Shown: piece after piece, positions 36,927 to 48,772 of the stretch
How positions within the stretch are numbered: position 1 is the stretch's first letter
How the letters are laid out: each line of letters opens with the position of its first letter
Made by a program: the position numbers and the translations under genes
Origin: Octopus sinensis
Taxonomy: Eukaryota
NCBI RefSeq assembly: GCF_006345805.1
Contig: NW_021832224.1
Coordinates: 1-64,000, forward strand
Length of the DNA: 64,000 nt
Reading direction: 5' to 3'
The notes under the pieces: generated by a model
The model's database searches: none
The model's input: only the letters and a program-made list of their open reading frames with translations
Told to the model about the DNA's origin: nothing

Positions 36927-39900
36927 ATGAACTTAACCAGTAACAAGATTGACAGTGAATACATTCCTATTTATATGAACGAACTTTACTCACTGCACCA
37001 AGTTGAGATAAATCGGTTACATCTTGTTTTAGATGGCGAGAGATGGAACTGGTGAAGAAATCACAAAATTGTTGGGAATCATGTTTAAAAAATTCTCTTA
37101 TCCGAAATTCATTAAAAACATAAATAAATTAGACGACAGCGGTCAGAGTCCTCTGCACTGCGCAGTCCGATCAAATAACGTTGAGGCAATCGATGTGCTC
37201 CTTCTTCACGGGGCTGGTGATATTTTTATTTTGAATAAAGATGTAAATTGCCGAGGAGAGGACGACGTAACTCCGCTAATGACGGGAGCCAAATTCAAAA
37301 CTGCCGAAGTGCTATTTTGTCATTTAAACTACATTTAGGAAGAGAAGAATGACCAAGAATTGACTTTTAACAGACTCAAAGAAAACAATGCAGACCTAAA
37401 CCAGACAGACATCTACGGACAAGGAGCTATTCACTACGCAGTGATGAGAAACAACGAAAATATGCTTCGACTACTCCTCCAATGCGATCAAATCATCATC
37501 GAAGTTTGGTCACTTAAAAATGCAAAAATAGTTAAAAGATAAACAAGGAATGACTCCTGCTCATTTTGCTGCCACATATGGCCATTTTGAAGTTATGAAG
37601 ATGCTGATTGAGAAGGGGATTAGTCTTCTTTCTTTTGATATTTTCTGTCAGACTCCTCTCCATCTGGCAGCCAGTGCTCAGGATGCACGAATCTGCAAGC
37701 TTGTTCTTGAAACTCTGAATAAAAAACACCCACAAGATTTTGATTCTGTAAATAATCATATATTCAAAGTCTCAGATTGTAAATATGAAGGACTCTGAAA
37801 GTAAGGCTCCTCTTCACATTGCGATCGAAAAAGAAAACTTCTCAGTGGCTAAATTACTGATTTCAAACGGAGCCGACTGTACAAAAACTTCTTACCAAGA
37901 TAACTTTCCCATTCATTTGGCCGCAAAAGGGAACTCAGTGGAAATCATCAATCTCCTAGTTTCTGCCAAAGCACACGTAAACTGTGTAAATGCCCGTGGT
38001 GAGACTCCTCTCCATGTCTCCGCGGCATTTGACAAACCAGAAAACATTGAACTTTTGATAAAATAGTTAACAAATTCTTTATTTCTTAGTAAAGCTAACC
38101 TGGAAGCCAGGGAAATTGACAGGTTCACTCCAATGATGATTGCTGCGTCATTTGGAAATACAGACTCAGTCCAAATTCTTCTGAAGCACGGTTCAAGGAT
38201 TGCCAGTATTGACAAGAATGACAGAAATTCTATTTTTCTTGCAGCTCAGAAGAACCAATCTGTCACTCTCACGGTATGACCTCAGAACTTAAATTAGGTT
38301 TTGCTCGACAGCTGTTCAATGGCTTTAAAGAACTTTTTGGTGAATGTAACCGACCGTTTTGGATACACGGCTCTTCATAAAGCTAGTGAGAAGGGATATT
38401 TCAAGATTGTTGAGGTGTTAAAAGTTGTGTTCAGTTATCTAAAGATTCTGATAAACCACGGATCCAACTGTACTCTCAAAAATGACAGTGAACAGACAGG
38501 CATGCATTTAGGAGCTCAAAATGGATTTTTAAAGTATTTTATCAAACGGAAACAGCAGAGTTGTCAAAATCCTTGCAAAACATGATAACTCGTTGATCCA
38601 CGGCGAAGACGAAAACTCCAATACCCCCCTCCACTTGGCTGCCTTGAACGGACACAAGGAAGTTGTAAAATTTCTCATTGAGAATAACGCAGACTTTGAA
38701 GCCAGGTTGCTTATTTGCATAAACACTAGAAACCAATTTTTATGGACACCTCTCGACTGTGCGGCAACAAATGGCAATGTCAAAGTATGTCGAATATTGC
38801 TCAACGACGACGCCTCAATCGATGCAAAGGATCGTGCAAATGTTGAATTTTTTTATATTTGATAAGACAACTCCACTTCATTTGGCATCCGCTTCGGGAC
38901 ACTGTGACGTGGTGAGTCTTCTCATCGACGAAGGTGCTGATGTGACCTTAAGAGATTCAAATGGATTCAATTCTCTGGACAGAGCTATTTATAACAATCA
39001 TCCGTCTCTTTCCAATTCTCACGTTTTAGAGAAGTTGCTCAAACAATTTTGAGTTCATGTAAATGGAGAGAAGCACTCAGAAATCAATATTTTTGCGACA
39101 ATCGCAATCAAATTATAACTCCAATGAGAGAACTCATCCAGAAAATGCCCGGTTTGTATCGTGACCGATCATTTTCAGATGTGGCATACATGGTCATGTC
39201 TTCAGCAATCACAAATAACAATAAATCAAACATTGATCCTTCTTTTTCTATTACATACAACTACGAGTTTTTGGATGATATGTTCACAGATTGGATAGAT
39301 ATGAACTCAGAAGTACTCAGCGTCGAAAGTTGTCATCACGCAAATGATTTTGGTTAGGAAATAAGGAAAATATAACAAGATATAGCATCACTCCTCAGAG
39401 AAAAGACAAAATAGTCCATACACTGGAATGGATGGTTTTATTCTAACGTAATTGTTAAGGTCAAATATAAAAAGAAAGAGCTTCTGGGACATCCCCTGGC
39501 TATGGAATTGATCCATTCAAAGTGGGTTAACTATGGACAGTATTTCTTTTATATAAACATGCTATTCTCCCTGATATTCACAGTGGCACTCACCACTTAT
39601 TTGTATCTGTCAAATTCACCAAAGTTTGTATTTATGGAAAAATTAATTTAGTCTTCAAAATTCAAGTATTCCAGGATGTCATTCAGCCTATTTTTCTCCA
39701 GATCATCTTGTAATTGCTGACGTTTGCAAATATATTGCATTTGTCACTTCTGGATGCCTGTTTTTTAGGGAAATCGCTCAGTTGATCAGAGCTCCGCTTA
39801 AATACATTTCTTTCACGAATATTATGGACGTTTGTTCATTCACATTCTGTATCCTTGCTCTTTTAGATTTTACGAACTGCAACAGAGAAACTGGAATTCG

Positions 39901-40808
39901 AGCTGTAACTCTATGATCTCACTCCTAGAGCTGGCAATGGCAACTAGCAGTGGTTTCGGTTTTTCTTGGATGCATGAATACGATTTCAATTATGCAGAAA
40001 TTTGCCTTATTCGGGATTTATGTGGTCATGATTTTCAATATCCTTAAAACTTTCTTGAAATTTTCAATAGTATTGGTTCTGTTCATTGCTTCTTTCGGAA
40101 TACTTTTTTATTTACTACTCAAAAATCAGGTAGTTTTTAATTCAGCATTTTGAGGTACCGTTTGATGGATCGATTGTATTTCTAAAAATGTTGGTGATGA
40201 TGATTGGAGAGATTGACTATCAGACAATATTTAATTCAAATGAGACGATTCCTTATCCATTTGTGACATATCCGCTTTTCATTTTATTCATAATTTTTAT
40301 GATAATAATTGCAATGAACTTGCTGGTCAGGAAATAATTTAACAAATATAGGTCGGTTTGGCAGTCCACGATATCAAAGGAGTTCAGGAAGAGGCGGCGC
40401 TAAAAAAAATTGTAAAACAGGCATGACTTGTGTTTTAATTATCAGGTCGAACTTTTGATGGAAGCTGAACGATTTCTGGGAAAAAATACTATTAAAAAAT
40501 TCGCAGATAATAAAAGAACTTTTTATCCAAATCAGCGAAAAAAATATATGGGATTGTTTCACTACTTTGACGAACCAGTCAAATACAATCCAGAAGAATC
40601 GTCGAAACAGAATGATGTTTGTTTATTATAAAATTGTAATAACAAATAGCAAACGATAAATAACATCATGACGAACAAGAAAAAATGAAGACCAGTTTTA
40701 AAATTATTCAGAAGGGATTTCTGGATTAGAAAAGATCAAGAGAGAATGCAAAAATTGTTGACTAAATTGGTCGGTGAAGATGAAGCTGATTACGACAGTG
40801 ATATCTGA
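36927..40808 (+). CDS. TRPA1: TRPA1-like ankyrin-repeat cation channel
   Basis: Long array of ankyrin exons (SPLHCA, TPAHFAA, TPLHLAA...); ITPMRELIQKMP; ELLGHPL..ELIHSKW..YG; MQKFALFGIYVVM; MMIGEIDY; AMNLLVGLAV.DI..VQEEA.LK.I..QVEL. Confidence 0.92.
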
Positions 40809-40834
40809 TATTCTATATTTATTCGAATTTTATA

Positions 40835-41039
40835 CGATTCAACAATTTCATCAAATTATCCATCGGTAGTAGCGACGGGCGGTGTCTACAACAAGCAGGG
40901 ACGTAATCACCGCAGGTTTTAGACTTGCGATTACTAGGAATTCCTTGTGAACACATAATAATTTTAAACCTCGATTAAGGCTTAGATCAGATAAAACTCA
41001 ATATTTCATCGCTGAATATTTGAATGATAATATGAAAGC

Positions 41040-41040
<1 letters not shown>
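40835..41040 (-). pseudogene. 18S rRNA 3'-region relic
   Basis: The reverse complement reads AAGGAATTCCTAGTAATCGCAAGTC..CCTGCGGTGATTACGTCCCTGCTTGTTGTAGACACCGCCCGTCGCTACTACCGATGG, the eukaryotic SSU 3' region. The universal GTACACACC is mutated to GTAGACACC. The match is clear for 40855-40975 and weaker out to 41040. Confidence 0.88.
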
Positions 41041-41070
<30 letters not shown>

Positions 41071-42134
41071 AATTAACAAATAGTTATTAACAAACTAAAT
41101 TCCCGGCATCGTAAATGGAACACAGTTTCCACGTACTATGGCCCAAGGAATCCTTTCGAAAAGCCACTTGGACTCGCGTGGGTCTCCCGTTTATGGGAGA
41201 TCATGCGGCCAAGCTTTTTTAGAAAGGAAAGAGACTTTTCGCCGATGACGCCGGAAGTCTCGACGGCGATGGAGTGAACAGATACCGTTCAGAGAGCTCC
41301 TTGTACTTTCCAATCTTCATCTTCTCGGTTTTGCGAGAGACTGAGCCAGGCTCGACAGCTGAAGAAGGAAGGTTGAGCTCCGAGAAAGTGTTGAACACGT
41401 CGCATCCCATAACAGAGACTTGCCGAACTCAAACGGGAAAGTCGATAGGCCGTCGGGTCTTTTTCCGTCTCCCCTCGCAAGCCCGACGGGTTCGAGGATT
41501 GATGGATCCCAGCGGCCGTGAGCCCCCTCTGAATAACGTCGTTAAGTGCTGCATGGCGTGGTGCGCGCCCTGCACTGCGACGACAGGAAAGGGGATGTAG
41601 ACCAAAAACGGTCAATGACAGCACCACAACGACATTTGTGTATTTCGCAGATTTCCAATCCAAGACGCAATGATAACCAATTCGTAGGCAATCTTTGTCT
41701 AGTAGGTTACCGGTGGAAGGACAGGGAGAGCATCCAGCCAGGCCCCACTCCCTGTGCAGCAGCCTGCGCGGAGACATGCAAGTCTGTGCTGATCGAAATT
41801 TTTGCGTAGATGTACGTCAAAGCTTCACAAGAAATGGCATCCCATTGAGCTTGGATACAGGGTCACTGGGTCTTTTTTGTACAATGAATCCCAAAGGTCC
41901 AGAGCGGCCACGTGATCAACTGACATTTTTCGTTCGGGAAGGTTTCTGAGAACGATGTCAGTGAGGGCACGGGTGGCCAGGGACGAGAGGAAGGCAGGAA
42001 GAGCCAGATAAACGGGCGAACGAAGGCCAATCCCCCCGAGATTAACAGGCAGGGAAGATTGAAGCCACCCCAGAGCGTCGAAATGGATGTTACACAGATA
42101 CTCGGCTCCAGACTTCAAGATAGAATCGATATCG
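41040..42134 (-). mobile_element. 5'-truncated CRE-clade RLE retrotransposon with 27-nt poly(A) tail
   Basis: W.QSSLPV..GGIGLRS; [21 protein letters not shown]; CYGM(WD)..C; KIGKYKEL...FTP..VET; GDPRESKWLFERI..AIVRGN; T27 at 41040-41066; duplicated ATGAAAGCT at 41032-41040 and 42139-42147. Confidence 0.92.
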
Positions 42135-42138
42135 GATA

Positions 42139-42830
42139 ATGAAAGCTAGAATCGACGCAAACAGACCTACATTGGATCAACACCGCCTCGTTTGTCTCGG
42201 TGCGGCCGCTAGACCTGAAAGTGGTGCGTGGCTTAATGCTCTCCCTTGCTCCCAGTCTGGAACTTTTCTCAATTATGACTGTGTAAGGATTGGCGTAGCA
42301 CTGCGCTTGGGCCTTAATGTCTGCAGGGGAGCCAATACTGATGTGGGAATAAAGTCTATACCAAAGGATTAAACCCCCTTCATACAGAAGGAGTGCTGGC
42401 CGTGTACCCAGACACTCCGCCATCAACGAGATTATTTCGGCTGCGTTACAAGCCGCTGGATTCCCTACCGAACTGGAACCTGTTGTGTTTGACCGTTGAG
42501 AAGAGAAACGTCCCGATGGAGTCATCATTTTTTCGTGGATTAATGGGAAATGCCTCGCGTGGGACTCTACGTGTAGGGAAATATTCTCGAAAACGAATCT
42601 GGTTGACTCGGCAATCAGTTCAGGGTCAGCTGTTATAAAGGCAGAAGAACTTAAAATCTCGATCTTTTCCCGATCTACTTTGAAAAATCCGAAGCCATGA
42701 CCTCAAATCTCTCGATCTCGTTGGGGGAATTGGACAATTGATCGAGAGAAGCAATGGCTGTTCCAAATAATCTCCATTGCGATCCCGAGGGGCAACGTCT
42801 TAGTAGTTTTAGACCTAAACTGCCTTAATC
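42139..42830 (+). mobile_element. Second CRE-clade RLE retrotransposon fragment (different subfamily, opposite orientation)
   Basis: RPESGAWLNALP...VRIGVALRLG; RPDG....WING.CLAWDSTC; EKQWLFQ.ISIAI.RGN. Confidence 0.88.
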
Positions 42831-42908
42831 TATTCATTAATTATTTTTCATTTAATTCAAATAATTTGATTCCAATTTAGTGGAATTATATAAAAAACGT
42901 GATTTATA

Positions 42909-44651
42909 ATGAACCTTGCTCCTGTGAAGAAAGAGTTGCCATTTTATGACACGACTAGATTCATTCGAGAAAATGCCGAAAGAATTTTATCCGAAGAATA
43001 TTTAAGCGAGCAGGACAAAAATTCAATCGCAAAGTACTCAACTCCCCCTCAAGTAAAGGGTGGAGAGAGGACAACACAAGTTGGTGGGACGCAACAAAAG
43101 ACGTCCTCAAAATGCATCCCAGGCTAAACGCCAATGCACCAACATTGCACGTGGGGAACCCTGTCCATTCGGGGCAGACTGTCGCTACAGCCACTCCCCC
43201 AACATGGCCACTCACAAACTGGAAGGAACCTGCATTTTCACCACCAAATACGGAAAGTGCCCGCACGGACCGTTTTGTCTGTTCGCCGACCACCCTGCAG
43301 TGGAGACACTCCTCACAGTTCATATGCCATTTCCAATGCACTCACCAACCAGACGAGGAATTTGATCAAACAGATGAAAGAAGATTGCCGCACTAAAAAC
43401 TCGACTGTGAGGGAAATGGACTGTGAGCCTCGAGTCAGGAAGGACGTTGAATGGCGAGACAAACTCTATTTGGCTCCTCTGACAACTGTTCTGTCAATTG
43501 ATGACATCCAAGGTGGGGAACCTTCCATTCCGGCGAGTCTGCGTTGGGCTGGGAGCTCAAATCACGTGTTCTGAAATGGCAGTGGCAGGCGGTCTGCTGT
43601 CGGGGAAGCAGTCCGAGTGGGCATTGGTCAAAAGACACGAATCCGAGAAATTGTTTGGAGTGCAGCTGTGTGGAGGGACATCCCAGTCAATGGCTGCCTG
43701 TGCCCGAATGTTCTCGGAGGATTGTTTTTCCGTGGACTTTTTGGATGTGAACGTGGGTTGTCCCATCGACTGCATTTACCAGAAGGTGAGTTCTGCTGGC
43801 TTATTCTCAGGGAGCGGGAAGTGCCTTGTTGGGGCGTCCTGCTCGACTTGTGGACATGGTGGGGAGTATGGCCAGAGTGTCCCGCCTCCCAATCTCCGTG
43901 AAGCTCCGAACTGGGATTACTAATGCCAACAATGTGGTTGTGTCCGTGATTGAGAGACTGAGAGAGGCTGGCAATGCAAGTCTGTTCACGGTATTGTAGG
44001 GACATCAGTTGTAGGTGCATGGGAGGTCTCGGGAACAACGCTACAGCAAGACGGCCGACTGGTCCACAATTGAGGGATGTGTGGATGCCGCGGGGAGTAT
44101 TCCTCTCTTCGGGAATGGAGATATCCTCAGTTATTCGGACTATGTCGCCCGCAAAGAACAGATTCCTGGAATGGCAGGAATAATGATTGGGAGGTATTCC
44201 TGTCTCTCCATTGCGAAGGGGAGCTCTCATCAAACCGTGGATATTCACGGAAATATCAGAACGACGTGACTGGGACATTTCTTCGAGAGAGAGATTCGGC
44301 ATTCTTGAGCAATTCCGTGACTATGGATTGGAGCATTGGGGATCCGATCAACGTGGAGTCGAGACGTGTCGACGCTTTCTGTTGGAGTGGCTATCTTTCC
44401 TGCATCGGTGATGTGTGTGGTTTATTATTAGATATATCCCTGTCGGTCTGCTGGAAGTAGTCCCCCAAATGATAAATCAGCGTCCCCCCTCCTACTACGG
44501 CAGGGATGATTTGGAGACACTCATGGGCAGTGCTAACTGTGCCGACTGGATTAAAATAAGTGAACTCCTTCTTGGTCCTGTTCCCTCTGATTTCAAGTTT
44601 CTACCAAAACACCGAGCTAATTCATATCAGCCTATTTGTTCTAATAACTGA
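42909..44651 (+). CDS. DUS3L: tRNA-dihydrouridine(47) synthase DUS3-like
   Basis: CCCH fingers (C...GEPCPFG..CRYSH); [19 protein letters not shown]; CSEMA; FGVQLCG; [12 protein letters not shown]; [11 protein letters not shown]; [16 protein letters not shown]; [18 protein letters not shown]; [30 protein letters not shown]. Confidence 0.96.
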
Positions 44652-44682
44652 TTTACTCTTTTTTGATAACTGTATTAAACAA

Positions 44683-45207
44683 TCACTCAAACTCAACCAA
44701 CGATTCCAAATAAGCAACCAACAAGTGGACGAAATGGAGTTTCACCACGTCGGAAGTGAGGTAGGAGGCCTTTCTACATCCCTCCCTGCACAGTAATGCA
44801 AGACATCACCATTTGGTAAGATACTCGATGCACTCCCCTGACCCTCGGTAGGACAGGATGCTCTCGGCCACCCATTTCTTGTCCTCGATCTTTTTCTTGA
44901 CCACATGGAGAGGTGTCTTTAAGACGGTGATGTTCTCGTTTGGATTAATAACTGTCTTGTTCTCAGTCCTCGATTTTTTGTTCTTCTTTTTCTGAGATTC
45001 GAAATCTTCGATGATTTGAGTAGAACTGATGTCTCCTTGCGCCACCCACGAGTTTTTGGAACTGCGAAAATTTTATTACGTTTATAACTCATCGTAGCCC
45101 ACCCACTTTATTTTATAAAATTTCTGGCCTCCTTTGGTCTTGGAATTCACTATTCGTTCTATTTCGTATTCCTTGTCTGATTCTGATGCTTTTTGACCAC
45201 CACCCAT
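44683..45207 (-). CDS. CBX: HP1/chromobox protein (chromodomain plus chromoshadow domain)
   Basis: EYEIERIV......KFYKIKWVGY...NSWV; basic hinge; AESILSY.....EYLTKW|EG...SYL...V....VHLLVAYLE. Confidence 0.85.
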
Positions 45208-45689
45208 TCACACACCGCGCTATTTTATTATTCAATACAATTAATATAAAAAACTGTACATTTTTAAAACTGAGTACATTTAATAACTTATCACTAGTAT
45301 CTGGCCAAGCGATACTCCCTGGTCAGAGGTAATGGCCTATAGTCAGAGGTGATGTTATCCTCCAATAATTAAACTAATCAAATTACTTCTTCGTTTTGAA
45401 TTAATGTTAATTGAATTTTCGATTATTGGTCGTTTACATAAACTCTACAGGTCTTCCTTCACACTCAACCACAGACGGAGGAGATCTCACTCCTCTTGAA
45501 GGTCTCGTTCCAGGTCAGCTCCGCTCGAGGGAGAGGCTGCCCACTTAAGGAAGGGACATTTCACACCACATTATTTACTGATTCTCTCTTTTTTCAATGA
45601 TTTGGCCCCTAATGTGTTCTCAGAGGGAACAAAGTCATTCAATTTCAGTTCAATTTTTGGTATTGTCAAAATACTCCCTTATTAATCAT

Positions 45690-46300
45690 GTCAGCATTGC
45701 TGATCATTTTTAATTTTGTATATTTTGAATACGAGTCTACAAAAATTCCCACAATGATCATCGCCGTCGTCTCGGGTATGTTCTCCGTCCAACTTAGCTG
45801 CTCTAAACAAGGCATGATTAGAACGACATGGGTGCACCTGAAATCATCAAATCACTCGATGCCCAACTCCTGTTTTTTATCGGTCAAAGTAAGAATGTAG
45901 AGGAGACGATTCAGGAGAAAAAGACCGCGAAGGATATTGTGATTGGGGAGTACTGGGAAGGCTATGTGAATCTGTCCATCAAATCAATGGCAGTCATAAA
46001 GTACATTTTGGGTTAATTCGGGTATTTTCTGTCCGTGAATGGGAATTCGAGTTATTTGGTTAAGATTGACGACAACACACTCTTCAATGTCCAAAACCTC
46101 ATCTCGGAACTTTAAGGTGGTCGGAAACGTCGTTCTCCGTCTTCTACGGAATCCAAACTCTGTCTGCACAAAGAAATAATATATTGCAGTCTTTGCTGGA
46201 ACCAGGTCGTTTAAACGTAGGACATGGCCAAAAAAGCTCCATCTTGACTGAAGATATCATCTGACAGGACACCGGAATTGCATTTGTTATAAAGGTTTTC
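45690..46300 (+). pseudogene. Disrupted GT31 beta-1,3-galactosyltransferase-like sequence
   Basis: IRTTW/GAP...LLFFIG; DIVIGEYWEGYVNLSIKSMAVIKY; YLVKIDD..LFNV.NL. Frameshifts, in-frame stops and an apparent AG>GG acceptor loss. Confidence 0.6.
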
Positions 46301-46399
46301 ATTATACTCTACGCGAAGTCCAAAAAAAGTTGAAGGCACATTTGCCAATTTTGACAGAAAGGTGAGTGTTCTGCATAAGCAGGTGTATTATTTTAACTT

Positions 46400-47170
46400 G
46401 TTGTACTAAGTTACAACGGGACTTTTAGCTTTTCCAGGTTTTTGTAACGGAATTAGCTATCCTTTTCCGATATCCAACGGATTGTCTTCCTGAAGAGACC
46501 GGTTGAAAACATCGGTGATTATTTTAGCTAGTTCCTTTTGGGCGTGTTTTGAAAGTTTGACGGATATTGAAAAACAGGAATATCTGCGATCATTAATTTT
46601 ATTAATAAGAATATCTCTCCAATTATTTATTCATGTTTACTTAAATGTTCGGCAGATCAGCTTCCGTTGAAAGGGGTATTTCATTAATCTCTAAGTATTA
46701 ACTAAAAGAGGAATTACATGCCGGAAAATTAATGATTAATATCATTCTTTCTATGTCAATAAATATCATTTCTATGATTATATCATTTCTATGTTTTTAA
46801 TTTGCTTTGAAGAATAATTTTTTTCTCTTTGATCTTCCAAATTTAAAAAAATGCTATTTTTTCTCAGAATTTGCTATTTTTTTAAAAAATTGCTATTTTT
46901 TGGTTGCCCTAGGGCGAACACTTCTCTCTTCTGAGGATCGAATTGCTTTGAACCATTGGCCCATGTTTTTATTTTATTATTTTGGAAATTTGTTTTTCTG
47001 CTTCACTTTTGGCGAGAGATTTTTGTAATTATTTCATCTTGGTTAATACTCTACCTCTCTGTGTACGTAGTTCTTTGATTTTTCAGGTAAACTGTATTTT
47101 CAGATTGTAGTCTGAGTTCTTTTTGTATTAGAGAAAGTCGTCCAATTTCCGGACTACTTTGTTTATCAAA
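46400..47170 (-). mobile_element. RTE-like LINE fragment
   Basis: ELAKIITDVFN..LQEDNPLDIGKG*LIPLQKPGKAK and EAEKQI match the 15.5-16.1 kb copy. Confidence 0.75.
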
Positions 47171-47299
47171 AAGTTCAATTTATCGTATTACAAAAGTTGA
47201 TTCTTTTAGGGATGTATATGATATTTTTAAATTTTATATGCTGTATAATGTGCCAAAGAAGTAGAAAAGCTCAATTCTTTCCCACTAAATACAATTAAG

Positions 47300-47607
47300 A
47301 CTACTCCTAGTTAGATAAGACAAGCAACGAAGAACTCTAAAAAATCACCCATACACCCGAAATCTCAAAAAAGTATGTTCATGAAGTGGATGTTTTTTGG
47401 AAATGTCCTAAAAGCGTCGCAAATGACGACGGCCAATCAGACCATGGAATTTTACTTTTGCTTAACAAACAAAGCAACATATCGGAGCCGATAAAGAACA
47501 ACATTACGGACTACGCTCGACCACGAACTCAAATCGATTGGAAGAAAACTGAAATCGAAGATGATCTGGACGATCTGAGAGATCTTGCACGAAACAGGAG
47601 AGGGTGA
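47300..47607 (+). CDS. Small unidentified gene (start uncertain)
   Basis: ORF ending DWKKTEIEDDLDDLRDLARNRRG* with upstream GT..AG candidates; no family recognised. Confidence 0.35.
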
Positions 47608-47689
47608 AAATGACTAACAGAGCGTATCCTGAATCGCATTGAAAATGTGTTATCTTAATTAACTTTTTAATTCTGCGAGAAGTACATGA

Positions 47690-47900
47690 ATAATAATGTG
47701 CTTACATCTCAACGTCAGCAATTCTCAAGCTGACGCCTAACTCGGTTCTCAGTAAACTCCCACCGGATGTTCACCCTTCAGAAATGCTTATTGACTATTC
47801 ACCTCAAATAAACCTTGCTCGTTTCCGCTCTAGCTATCACCACTCACTAAACTACTATGTACACAAAACGGACATCTCGATCTCCCACTTTGTAACATTT
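47690..47900 (+). mobile_element. LINE (I/Loa-like) 3' fragment
   Basis: PNSVL..LPPDVHPSE...LARFRSSY..SLN.Y resembles the PPxIxxxE...LAQLRSGxxxxLNSY C-terminal LINE motif. Confidence 0.45.
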
Positions 47901-48439
47901 GCTGTGCTGACGAACACTCAACTGCTCATCTATTCAGCTGTCCTGGTCTTCTTTCTACCGAGAAAAATTTGATATTCACTCTCCCGAAGTCCTATGGAAG
48001 CAAACTGAAAAGGCGCTGTCGTTTCTGCTAGCTGCTGGTCTCATAATCTAATGTGAGATCTGGGTTACGCAACAACAACAGCCTGCGCGTGGTAATTCCA
48101 TCATGACGATACTGCTAGTCACACGACGTTCATTGTGCGTTTACGGCCCATGAAAAAGGGAAGAGTCTGAACTAATTAAAGAGCAATACTTATCTGAAAT
48201 CAATCTGAATAGGAATTCTAATCTAATCACTGAGTCTTATTTCAGATAGTCTCAGTAAGCAGCAGTTAAAATAACCTCTCATGGATTATCGACTAAAGAA
48301 ATGACAGAGTTATCTACAAACTATTGCGAAATCGAAAATGGAAAGGTCATTTCATAAAATTGAGTTCAGTAAAGAGATGAACATGCCAAGATCTACTAGT
48401 CGCCTCAAACACTATTATTAAGACACTGTCCGTAGTAAC

Positions 48440-48620
48440 ATAATCAAAGTTATAATCCCATACGTGTAACAAGCAAGGCGATCTTCTTAACCATTCTAAT
48501 CCAGTCCTCTCTGTTGTGGGCAAGAGCCCGTAGGGAATCCAGGTCGTCTCGTTTTTTAATTTCTTACAACGGAGCTGAGAGCCTTTCCAAAAGGAGGGGT
48601 TCTAATAACTGCTGCTTATT
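48440..48620 (-). mobile_element. RTE-like LINE extreme 3' fragment
   Basis: DDLDSLRALAHNREDWIRMVKKI matches the RTE C-terminus seen at 16.5 kb. Confidence 0.6.
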
Positions 48621-48772
48621 GAGACTGGAAGGAGTCTATACTTTTCAGTTCAGTATCGAGATTCCCCATGTCGAGGACTTTAAAACTCCTCAAACACTAA
48701 TTTACCAGAGAAACGTGATAATTTTTGTCAGTTTATAAATAAATAAATTAAATTCATAAAATAACCAATTGG

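Noticed and set aside
40835-41040. Functional rRNA gene, or bacterial/organellar 16S contamination
   Set aside because: It is only about 200 nt, the universal GTACACACC is mutated and a helix is mismatched. CGTCCCTGC and CGCTACTACCGAT are eukaryotic signatures.
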